DNA of 64,000 nt from Candidatus Latescibacterota bacterium. Its GTDB lineage: Bacteria > Latescibacterota > UBA2968. Shown here piece after piece: positions 38,409 through 46,734 of the stretch (position 1 is its first letter; each line of letters begins with the position of its first letter). The stretch is taken from contig OZ244960.1 of the NCBI GenBank assembly GCA_965222605.1, forward strand, positions 3,520,001-3,584,000, written 5' to 3'. A program made the position numbers and the translations under genes. The notes beneath the pieces were generated by a model. The model was not told the DNA's origin, ran no database searches, and saw nothing but the letters and a program-made list of their open reading frames with translations.

Positions 38409-39554
38409 TTATTCCAGGGTAGGATCAATCAATTCAAGAAGTCTGCGCCGGATCTCTCTGGAAGTTGCGTCGAGATTTACAGTGGCGAATCGTATCTTGT
38501 GGCCCTGTATGTCAACCGATTCGTCAACTGAGCAAGCAACAGCGGGATGCAGGAGCATTCCCGATGCCGTGTCCGCCAAAGGATCATTCAAACCCTCTTG
38601 GGATCTCAAGTAGGCATATATCTGGTATATGTGGCCTGAAGCCAATGTTTGGTCACGGTGAAACCCTGGTTTAAGGATAGATGTAAATTTGGTGTCTATG
38701 ATGATGCGGCGACTGGAAGCGGTATGGTCTAAAACAGTATCGGCACGCATTGAGGGAAGGATGGTACCAATTCCATCAGTCATATTACCAGTGTTCCAGT
38801 GGAGTGTCTTTTGAGAATGAACTCTCCATCCCCGCTGTGCAAGCGTGACGTCGTAGAATCCGGCGATGGCCTTTTCGTTAGTGAGCAGATCCTGGTTCCA
38901 TTGTTTAGAAAAAGCGTTGACAATTTTTTCTTTATGGCCTTGACTCATAATCGCTTCAAATTCATCCGGAAACAGAAGGTACAGAAAAGCGTGTCGAAAT
39001 TGACGGCCTTGGCAGTATTTCTGAGAGTCGAGCCATTCGGCAAAGTCCCAGGGATCGGTAAGTAGCGCTTTCCGATCCTCTGAGGAAAGGGAAAACCAGC
39101 TAATCATCGTGGTGATGAAGAAGCGGCATTCACGCCAACGGGAAGTATTATAAGCCTGGCCTGGATTTACAACCCCTTTTGCCAAGACTTCGCCCAGTGC
39201 CCAATGATTATCCGGAAGTTTCGACCCCGACCATTCCCAGACTTGCCTGATCTGATCGCGTTTTGTCTCTGGTTTAAGCATGCCGTGATAGACGATTAAA
39301 AAAAGTGCCCATGTCATCTCTGCCCACAGACACTTCGCATCGGGGGAGGCGGGGTCCAGTTGTTGCTCCAGTTTCTCGTAGAATTTACCCGATCCCTTAT
39401 CCAGATTCTCGACGAAGTAGATTCGGAGTTGGTCAAAGTTTTCTCGAGTCCAGAGCGATTCTTCTGAGAATAGCGATCCGCCATCCAAAAGGCAGTGCTG
39501 CTTCCACTTTTCGGCGGCGGCGAGAATGGCTTCGGCACTTTTCGATCGGCTCAT
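38409..39554 (-). CDS. In-frame fusion of an McrB-type N-terminal domain to an McrC C-terminal nuclease domain (deletion derivative of mcrBC)
   Basis: C-terminal EKAIAGFY...LPSMRADTVL...IIIDTKF...HIYQIYAYL...GMLLHP is McrC-like; no Walker A/GTPase domain; junction near 38880. Confidence 0.65.
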   Translation of the reverse strand: MSRSKSAEAILAAAEKWKQHCLLDGGSLFSEESLWTRENFDQLRIYFVENLDKGSGKFYEKLEQQLDPASPDAKCLWAEMTWALFLIVYHGMLKPETKRDQIRQVWEWSGSKLPDNHWALGEVLAKGVVNPGQAYNTSRWRECRFFITTMISWFSLSSEDRKALLTDPWDFAEWLDSQKYCQGRQFRHAFLYLLFPDEFEAIMSQGHKEKIVNAFSKQWNQDLLTNEKAIAGFYDVTLAQRGWRVHSQKTLHWNTGNMTDGIGTILPSMRADTVLDHTASSRRIIIDTKFTSILKPGFHRDQTLASGHIYQIYAYLRSQEGLNDPLADTASGMLLHPAVACSVDESVDIQGHKIRFATVNLDATSREIRRRLLELIDPTLE

Positions 39555-39630
39555 AGATATATCCTTTGTTGAATTCCAGGTCCTTTTGTCGAAGATTTTG
39601 AGTGTTTGATTCCCGGAAATATACTATATA

Positions 39631-40678
39631 ACGTGATGTGTGACTTTAAATAGCGAAAAAGAGGTTCCTCGGCTATCTTGAATTGTTCACTAAACAAGAA
39701 GCCATTCAACGAAAGGAACCTCCGATGTATAATTTAGACCTTTTTGTCATTGCAATCTACTGTTTTATTGAAGACGAACTCTATCCGGCTTTCTGTAAGG
39801 TGCATGGCAAGCCCCGTCGGGCAGGCTTTGACCCCGGTTTAAGTGATGCCGAATGCCTCACCATAGAAATCGTGGGTCACTTTTTGGGATATTCAAGCCA
39901 GAAAAAACTTTATGAGCAGATGAAAGAACACTTCATAGATTGGTTTCCCACTTTGAAAGACCGTCCTGCCTTTGTGCGTCAATGTGCCAATTTGTGGGTT
40001 GTCAAGATGTGGATGCAACAGCGGATTGTTGCCAGCTTGGAAGGGCATCAGGCATCCTGCCAGATCATAGATACGCTACCCTTACCGATCTGTAAACTGG
40101 CAAGGCGACATTATCGCAAGATATTTACAAGAGAGCCAGTCTTTGAGTTCCCTCCCCCCTCAAAAGGCTTTTGTGCCGCCAAAAGTGAAGCATATTTTGG
40201 CTTTAAGGGTGGCCTTAGGATCACGGATTATGGTCTTATTGTCCACGCGCCGATCCTGCAAGCGTATGGACACGACAAGAACTGCCGAGACGCACTCCTG
40301 AATGGTACGATGGGAGAGACAACCGTCTTGGCAGATGCGGCATTTATGGACTTGGACTGGCAAAAAAGGTGTTTTGATACCTACCGCATACGCATAAAGA
40401 CACCCTTAAAGTCCAATATGAAAGAAAATCCTGAACGCACCCCTTTCATTTTGCCCAAAGCGAAGAAAGCCACAAGGCGATTAGTCGAAACCGTTTATGC
40501 ACAATTGACAGAACGTTTACATATTGCCCGCATGAAAGTGCGAGATGCATGGCACTTATTGAACCTGTGGCATACCAAAATCTTAACCCATACCATGTGT
40601 GTCTTTCTCAATATTATCAATTACAGAGACCCGCTGGATTTTGACGGTCTCGTAAAATTTTGAAGTCACACATCGCGT
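39631..40678 (+). mobile_element. IS982-family insertion sequence
   Basis: TIRs ACGTGATGTGTGACTT / AAGTCACACATCGCGT (15/16); 8-bp TSD ACTATATA at 39623-39630 and 40679-40686. Confidence 0.9.
39683..40663 (+). CDS. IS982 family DDE transposase (start possibly ATG near 39725)
   Basis: LSDAECLTI, IIDTLPLPIC, YFGFK, LADAAF, RRLVETVYAQL. Confidence 0.88.
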   Translation: MFTKQEAIQRKEPPMYNLDLFVIAIYCFIEDELYPAFCKVHGKPRRAGFDPGLSDAECLTIEIVGHFLGYSSQKKLYEQMKEHFIDWFPTLKDRPAFVRQCANLWVVKMWMQQRIVASLEGHQASCQIIDTLPLPICKLARRHYRKIFTREPVFEFPPPSKGFCAAKSEAYFGFKGGLRITDYGLIVHAPILQAYGHDKNCRDALLNGTMGETTVLADAAFMDLDWQKRCFDTYRIRIKTPLKSNMKENPERTPFILPKAKKATRRLVETVYAQLTERLHIARMKVRDAWHLLNLWHTKILTHTMCVFLNIINYRDPLDFDGLVKF

Positions 40679-40693
40679 ACTATATATTGATTT

Positions 40694-42404
40694 GAGTGTG
40701 TATCAAAAGCAAGGCGTATGAAGGGTATAAGAAATAGGGAATTAGAATCGTGTGCAAAACATGATAGGACTCCTATATTGGCAAACATTCCGTTAGCAAA
40801 ACCATGTTTGCTTTCAAAAGGAGCCCTACCATGATGACAATATACGAAAAAGAAGCCTTGTTTGACCAGTTGGATGAAGAGTTTTCTCAAATCAAAAGGT
40901 TCGTTTGCCAAGCCGCAGGTCAAGTCGAAGTGCATGAAGTAGAGGGGAAGGTTTTTCGCCAACTTCAAGATTTGGGTCGCCAACTATTATCCCGTTTTGT
41001 CCAATTATGTGGCACAGGGTATGAGGCAAACGGTTTCAAAGAGCAAGGTAAGGGTCAAAAGATGCGCTACAAAGGTTGCCAATCGGTCTCGTATCTGTCC
41101 ATCTTTGGGTCTATCCCCATCTGTCGTGCGGCCTATGCCCGTGCCGATGGGAGCTATTTCTACCCCTTAGATGAGCACTTGAATCTGCCAGCTCACAAAT
41201 ACTCTTATCTGCTGTTAAAATGGTTGGCACAAGATGCGGCACAGCACGACTTTCGCCAGGCGGTGGCACGCTTCAATCAGATTTTCGATCTGTCTTTATC
41301 CGCCTCATTACCGCAGCGTTTGGGGGATGAGATCGCCGCATATGTCACGCCATTTTATGACGCACAGCCCGCGCCTGACCAGGATTTGGAAGGGAGCCAT
41401 TTGGCTATGAGTGCCGATTGTAAAGGTGTACGCATCCTAAAATCTGAACGGGCAGAGGGCGCGCTGGACACACCTGCTTGTGCCAGACGAAGGCGCGGTG
41501 AAAAACCGAGCCTGAAGAAAGATGCGGTTGTCGTAACCGACTTTTCATTTTATCCGCAAGCACGCACCGCACAAGAGATAGTCAAAGGCCTCCTCAATCA
41601 GTTTACCCAAAAAGAGAAAGACCAAGCCCGGAAGAATCGCCAAAAACGCACCGCATTGGGACTTTGCCACCCCCGCGAACCCATCCACAAGCATGTCTTT
41701 GCCACCATGAACGGGAAAAAAGAGGCTTTCGAGCATCTTATACGACACGTCCATAAACGAGACCCAACCCTTGAAAAACCGATCATCGCCCTAATAGATG
41801 GCGAACCGGCTTTAGAACGCAGACTCAAAGAATGTCTCGAAGCCTACAACATGACGGATCAACTTGATGCCATTATCTTGGATATTATCCACGCGACGGA
41901 ATACCTGTGGGATGTCGCCACCTGTTTGTATGGCGAAAAAAACAAAAAACGCACCGATTGGATGCAAGACAAATTATACGCCTTGACAAGCAGACCCGTC
42001 GGGTATCTCATCGGCGCACTCCGACAGATGATGACCAAGAATAAAATCCGATTTTCTACCTCACAGAAACAGGTGCTAAAAAAGACCATCACCTATTTTG
42101 ATAACCACCGTCATATGATGGACTATGCCACCTATCTGAAAAAAGGATATCCTATCGCTACTGGCGTCGTCGAAGGAACCTGTGGCTCCTTAGTCAAAGA
42201 CCGAATGGAACAATCCGGCATGCGATGGTCTCTCTCTGGTGCACAAGCCATTCTTGCTCAACGCGCTGTTGTCAAAAATGACGATTGGAACGCATTTTGG
42301 AACTTTTATATCGACTCTGAACACCAACGGTTATACCCCAAGGTAGGATACAAAACGCTATACCAACGAGCTGCTTAAGCTTGCCTGTCATTTTGTACAC
42401 ACTC
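40694..42404 (+). mobile_element. ISKra4-family insertion sequence
   Basis: Imperfect TIRs GAGTGTGTATCAAAAGCAAGGC / GCCTGTCATTTTGTACACACTC; 9-bp TSD TATTGATTT at 40685-40693 and 42405-42413. Confidence 0.88.
40831..42378 (+). CDS. ISKra4 family transposase
   Basis: SADCKGV, LIDGE, ILDIIHATEYLW, GYPIATGVVEGTC...KDRMEQSGMRWS. Confidence 0.88.
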   Translation: MMTIYEKEALFDQLDEEFSQIKRFVCQAAGQVEVHEVEGKVFRQLQDLGRQLLSRFVQLCGTGYEANGFKEQGKGQKMRYKGCQSVSYLSIFGSIPICRAAYARADGSYFYPLDEHLNLPAHKYSYLLLKWLAQDAAQHDFRQAVARFNQIFDLSLSASLPQRLGDEIAAYVTPFYDAQPAPDQDLEGSHLAMSADCKGVRILKSERAEGALDTPACARRRRGEKPSLKKDAVVVTDFSFYPQARTAQEIVKGLLNQFTQKEKDQARKNRQKRTALGLCHPREPIHKHVFATMNGKKEAFEHLIRHVHKRDPTLEKPIIALIDGEPALERRLKECLEAYNMTDQLDAIILDIIHATEYLWDVATCLYGEKNKKRTDWMQDKLYALTSRPVGYLIGALRQMMTKNKIRFSTSQKQVLKKTITYFDNHRHMMDYATYLKKGYPIATGVVEGTCGSLVKDRMEQSGMRWSLSGAQAILAQRAVVKNDDWNAFWNFYIDSEHQRLYPKVGYKTLYQRAA

Positions 42405-42468
42405 TATTGATTTTATGTCACTCAAACATATTGTTTTGTCAACGAAGAATAACGATAGGAGAATAAGA

Positions 42469-43254
42469 ATGAGACCTTCGTGGATGACTTATGGTGTTTT
42501 GAAGGATCTTTCCCGACGGGATTTGTTGCAGATGTTGAAAGATCACGGGTTTGAAGGGGTGGAATTTCGCACGGATGCCGGGCATGGTCACGGGGTGGAG
42601 GCGTCGATTGACGAAGCAGAGCGAGAGCAGGTGGTGGCAGATTGCGAGGCGATGGGGATCGATATCATGAGTGTTGCGACGGGCAATCGGTATCACGATA
42701 CGGATCCGGACGAACTGCGGGATCATATTGAGCAGACGATGGTTCGGATGGATCTGGCATCGGATCTGGGCGCGCCCCGCGTGCGCGTATTTGGGAATAA
42801 TTTTCCAACAGAAGTGCCCAGGGAACAGACGATTGCCCAGGTGGCAGAGGCACTGAAGACGCTGTGTGAGTACGGCGCTGAGAAGGGGGTGAAACCCTGC
42901 CTGGAGTTGCACGGTGAGTTCGATTGGCAGGCGTGCAGGGCAGTGGCCGAGCAGGTGGATCACGAGAATTTTGGGTTGATCTGGAATTCGGTGTTGCAAG
43001 ATGTGGTGGATGGGTCCCTGAAACAGGCGCTGGATACGGTATGGCCCTGGCTGGATCATGTGCATATGCACGATCTGGCGGGACAGGGCTATCCGTATCG
43101 CGAGTTGTTCCGGCTGCTGCACGAGAAGGGATACCAGGGGTACATGTCGGCGGAGGCAGAGCGTCGTCCCGATAAAGGGGTGGGCGATCTGTGGATGTTT
43201 GTGGCTTATTATTCAGATCTGTTCAGAGCGTATCGCGATCTCGCGCGAGGTTAA
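42469..43254 (+). CDS. Sugar phosphate isomerase/epimerase (xylose-isomerase-like TIM barrel)
   Basis: GFEGVEFR, CLELHG, HVHMHD, YMSAE metal ligands. Confidence 0.85.
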   Translation: MRPSWMTYGVLKDLSRRDLLQMLKDHGFEGVEFRTDAGHGHGVEASIDEAEREQVVADCEAMGIDIMSVATGNRYHDTDPDELRDHIEQTMVRMDLASDLGAPRVRVFGNNFPTEVPREQTIAQVAEALKTLCEYGAEKGVKPCLELHGEFDWQACRAVAEQVDHENFGLIWNSVLQDVVDGSLKQALDTVWPWLDHVHMHDLAGQGYPYRELFRLLHEKGYQGYMSAEAERRPDKGVGDLWMFVAYYSDLFRAYRDLARG

Positions 43255-43298
43255 AATAAAATGACGGATGTTACACCAATTTGCGAAAAGAATACATT

Positions 43299-44114
43299 AT
43301 GATCTATCGACTCAAAATTACTCTGGCGGGTTCCAGGCCGCCGATATGGCGGCGAGTTGAGGTTGATGGCAATATCTCACTTGGAGAACTACACCAGGTG
43401 ATTCAGATTGCGATGGGATGGACAGATTCTCATCTTCACCAATTCATCGTCAACGATACCTATTACAGCACCCCTTATCCAGGCATGGAAGACTGGGGAA
43501 TGATGGAGGATATCCGAGATGCAAATGAAATCTCTCTTCAGCAGGTCGCCGTTGAGGTGGGGGCACAATTTGTATATGAATATGACTTAGGCGATAGCTG
43601 GGAACACATTATTCGAGCTGAACAAATCAAGGAGCCAGAAGCCGGGGTGTTTTATCCTGTATGTTTGATGGGAAAACGCGCATGTCCACCAGAGGACGTG
43701 GGTGGAGTTTGGGGGTACGAAGAATGTTTAAGCGCGCTTCAGAACAAAAATCATCCAGAGCATGAGATGTATTCAGAGTGGATTGAAGAGCCATTCGACC
43801 CCGAAAATTTTGATCTTGAAGAAAGCAATCGGATGCTATCTTTTCTCGACTTCTACAAGGTCTTCAAGCGCGAGAAGGCACTCGTATATACCGATAGACA
43901 GGGACAATATCTGACATTTATCTATTATTATACGAAGTTGAACGGTTATCCCCCAGCTCAGGCGGACATACAGAGGTATTTTCGCATCACAGGTCCTTCC
44001 GTCAACAGCATGCTCAAAACCCTGGAAAAACGAGGTCTTATATCGAGAGTTCCCCGCCAACCGCGCTCAATCAAGTTGCTCCTATCCCGCGAGGAACTCC
44101 CCGATCTGGAATAA
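43299..44114 (+). CDS. Plasmid pRiA4b ORF-3 family protein with C-terminal LexA-like wHTH
   Basis: PPIWRR, MGWTDSHLHQF, YEYDLGDSWEH, GKRACPPEDVGG; tail YTDRQGQYL...PAQADIQRYF...LEKRGLISR. Confidence 0.85.
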   Translation: MIYRLKITLAGSRPPIWRRVEVDGNISLGELHQVIQIAMGWTDSHLHQFIVNDTYYSTPYPGMEDWGMMEDIRDANEISLQQVAVEVGAQFVYEYDLGDSWEHIIRAEQIKEPEAGVFYPVCLMGKRACPPEDVGGVWGYEECLSALQNKNHPEHEMYSEWIEEPFDPENFDLEESNRMLSFLDFYKVFKREKALVYTDRQGQYLTFIYYYTKLNGYPPAQADIQRYFRITGPSVNSMLKTLEKRGLISRVPRQPRSIKLLLSREELPDLE

Positions 44115-44138
44115 GTCGTAGCCATCCCACTCTCAATC

Positions 44139-44238
44139 CAGTTTCATGCCGTAAAAATATTGCGATACGGGGATAAGCACGAACGCCATCAGCTATTTTT
44201 CTGATGGCGTTTTTTGTGTTGGGATTCTGGGTCGCAAG
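44139..44238. repeat. Palindromic element / bidirectional terminator, copy 4 of 4 (loop inverted), with flanks homologous to 13074-13175
   Basis: GGATAAGCA-cga-ACGCCATCAG-ctattttt-CTGATGGCGT-tttttgtgttggg. Confidence 0.85.
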
Positions 44239-45372
44239 TTATCTGGTCAATACTTCGCGCAGGCGTGAGGTGACGATTTCCTGGTCGTCTTCGATGAAAT
44301 TGGTGACGGCGACGCGAAAGGTGTTTGCGCTGCCGCGTGTCCATACGGATGGGTTGCCCTGTCGAAGTTCTTCGATTATTTGCGCTGCGGTTTTGCCCAG
44401 TGCGGTTTCATCAACTGTGATGTGTACGCCATCGCTCAGGCTGCGCGCGTCGGCTACACACTGGACCGTGATGTGGGGGATGTTCTCCAGGTCTGATAGC
44501 AGCGCTTCGGATTTGCGTTTGTAGCCGGATAGGCGCGCTTCGTGGTCCATGCTGAACCATTCGCGCAGGGCAACGATGACGGCGATGACTTCTTGTCGAT
44601 CTACTTTCAGGGGTCGGCCTATGGTGTCGTAGGGAGAGGTTTCATAACCGATGAAGGAATGGAGATAGGCGGCGTCAATCAGGTCTTTGCGTCCGCACAA
44701 GATGCCCGTGGAGTGACACGAGCCAATGTATTTGGCGCCGTAGCCGATCAAATCTGCGCCCATGTCGGGATATTTTCGCATTGTTTCGAGGGGATAAACC
44801 TGGCTGGCTGCATCGACGATGACGGGAATATTGTTGGCGTGGGCAATGCGGACCACGTCTTCGGGTGATAAGACGCCTTCCTGGCCTCCGGGGGCAAAAT
44901 AGTGGATGGCTGCGGTCTGGTCTGAAATGGCGGCTTCGAGTTGGGCTTCGGTTGTTCCGTTTTCATCGCCGACTTCTATGAGTTTGGCGCCGAAAATGGT
45001 GAGTACCGGGTCGTAGTGATACCGCTGTTTTTTTTGTATCAAAATGTGATGCTTCAAGCCCGTTGTGTCGGGCAATTGTTCCATTTTTTCGGGATCACTG
45101 CCCGACATGCAGGCGGCTGTGCTAAGAGCTAATGCCGCCGCGCATCCGGGTGTGACCATTGCCGCTTCTGCGCCGAGGGTGTCGGCGATGATTGCACCGG
45201 TTTTTTTGAGTAGTTCTTCCATGTCCGCAAAGTAGCGATTCGCTATGTCCATTGCGGCTTGCACTTCTGTGCCCACACGCGACCCGCCAATAACGGTCTG
45301 ATAACCCGATGCGTTGATCACAGGGACAACGCCCAGGTCTTCGTAGATTTGACGCCCTTTGTCAATGCTCAT
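44239..45372 (-). CDS. SelA-like (DgaE-type) PLP-dependent enzyme
   Basis: IYEDLGVVPVINASG, VIVDAAS, YGAKYIG, IGRPLKVDRQE. Confidence 0.82.
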   Translation of the reverse strand: MSIDKGRQIYEDLGVVPVINASGYQTVIGGSRVGTEVQAAMDIANRYFADMEELLKKTGAIIADTLGAEAAMVTPGCAAALALSTAACMSGSDPEKMEQLPDTTGLKHHILIQKKQRYHYDPVLTIFGAKLIEVGDENGTTEAQLEAAISDQTAAIHYFAPGGQEGVLSPEDVVRIAHANNIPVIVDAASQVYPLETMRKYPDMGADLIGYGAKYIGSCHSTGILCGRKDLIDAAYLHSFIGYETSPYDTIGRPLKVDRQEVIAVIVALREWFSMDHEARLSGYKRKSEALLSDLENIPHITVQCVADARSLSDGVHITVDETALGKTAAQIIEELRQGNPSVWTRGSANTFRVAVTNFIEDDQEIVTSRLREVLTR

Positions 45373-45394
45373 GATTTTCCTCCATTTTTATTTT

Positions 45395-46630
45395 TTAGAC
45401 CGCGTAAGCTGAGTTTTTCCATACGTCTTTTGCCACGCGAAGGATATTGCCGCCGATGATTTTTGCGATGTCGTCGTCGCTGTAGCCCCGTTGCACAAGG
45501 CCGACAGTGAAGAGGGGCCAGTTGGTCCAGGTGAGGCTTTGTTCCTGGTGGGGTTGTCTCCATTCAGAGGAATGGAGAGGATCTGCGGGCGGCCAGAGGG
45601 CCTCCCAGCGGTTGCGCTGTTTGGGACGGGCGTTGAGTTTGCGGTTGGCTTCGGCGATGTATTTTGAAGGATAGCCTCGGTCCGTGCCGATGGTGACGGC
45701 GTCGGTGCCAAAGGTTTTGGCGACGTAGTCGATGTGATCGAGGAAGGCGTTGATGTCGCCGTTGCCGCCGAGGAATGCGGGTACATTGGTGATGCCCATG
45801 GTGCCCCCGGTGTCGAGTACCGCGCGGATGATGTTGTCGGGTTTGCTTCGGATGTGTTCGTTGAGTGTGCAGGCGACGGAGTGACTGACGACGACGGGTT
45901 GTGTGGATGCTTTTGCTGTGTCGAGGCAGGTTTGCCAGCCGGTGTGGGCGATGTCTATGATGATGCCGAGGCGGTTCATTTCGGCGACTGTGGCATGCCC
46001 AAAGTCGCTCAAGCCCGCGTCATTGGGTTCACCGCAGCCGTCTCCAATGGGGTTGCGGCGGTTGTACGTGAGGTGCATCATGCGCGCGCCGAGTTGTGCA
46101 AAGATGCGGATGTAGCGCAGTTCTTCTTCCGGGTTGGTCTGGTCGCCGGCGAGCGGAATGCCGTTGCAGGTGAGATAGGTGCAGCGTTTGCCCGCTTTAT
46201 GGGCTGCCGCGATGTCGTCGGGTGTGGTGGCGCGCTGGAGGAAGTTGGGCATGGCGTCGGTGTTGTACGTGTGTCGGGCAAGGCGTTTGATGAGGCGCAG
46301 GGGGTCGTTGCCTTCTTCGCCTGCGTTTTGAAAGGTGCAGGTGACGCCAGAGGTACGCCAGAGTTTCCGGTATTCTCGACGGAGTTCGGGTGTGAGTGCC
46401 CAGCGGGTCATGCCCATGTCTTCGGTGATGTCTTGCAGTTCGCGGTCAGACGCACCTGCTTCGATGGCTGCGTTGACGGGGTCGGGATCGATGGGTGAGC
46501 GCAGGCCCAGGCCGTAGGATTCGATGACGAGGGCGTGTTCGTGGAGTTCCAGGCCGTGTTCCAGGTCGCGTTGGGACGGTTTGAGGATGTTGAGTGCTAC
46601 GTCGCGGGCGTTTTGAATTTGGTCGTTCAT
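45395..46630 (-). CDS. Membrane dipeptidase (peptidase M19) family protein
   Basis: HLTYNRRN, GLSDFG, IIDIAH, VVSHS, IGTD, IIGGN. Confidence 0.88.
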   Translation of the reverse strand: MNDQIQNARDVALNILKPSQRDLEHGLELHEHALVIESYGLGLRSPIDPDPVNAAIEAGASDRELQDITEDMGMTRWALTPELRREYRKLWRTSGVTCTFQNAGEEGNDPLRLIKRLARHTYNTDAMPNFLQRATTPDDIAAAHKAGKRCTYLTCNGIPLAGDQTNPEEELRYIRIFAQLGARMMHLTYNRRNPIGDGCGEPNDAGLSDFGHATVAEMNRLGIIIDIAHTGWQTCLDTAKASTQPVVVSHSVACTLNEHIRSKPDNIIRAVLDTGGTMGITNVPAFLGGNGDINAFLDHIDYVAKTFGTDAVTIGTDRGYPSKYIAEANRKLNARPKQRNRWEALWPPADPLHSSEWRQPHQEQSLTWTNWPLFTVGLVQRGYSDDDIAKIIGGNILRVAKDVWKNSAYAV

Positions 46631-46689
46631 TGTTGTTCACCTATTTTATATGTCAAGTGGTTAGCGGTCAGCAATTCATGCGCTGTAGC

Positions 46690-46734
46690 GCCGTCATCGC
46701 GGCATGATTTTGAGCCGCGATCCAGAAGGTTTTT
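46690..46734. repeat. REP-like palindromic element, copy 1 of 2
   Basis: GCCGTCATCGCGGC-atgattttga-GCCGCGATCCAGAAGGTTTTT. Confidence 0.8.

Noticed and set aside
38358-44215. Integrative island bounded by palindrome copies 3 and 4 as attL/attR
   Set aside because: No integrase; the interval includes a host-like epimerase gene, and copy 4 is more similar to copy 1 than to copy 3.
44239-45372. SelA-like gene as the selenocysteine synthase serving the deiodinase-like gene
   Set aside because: Length (377 aa) and motifs fit the DgaE/SelA-like catabolic family; no selB, selC or selD nearby.
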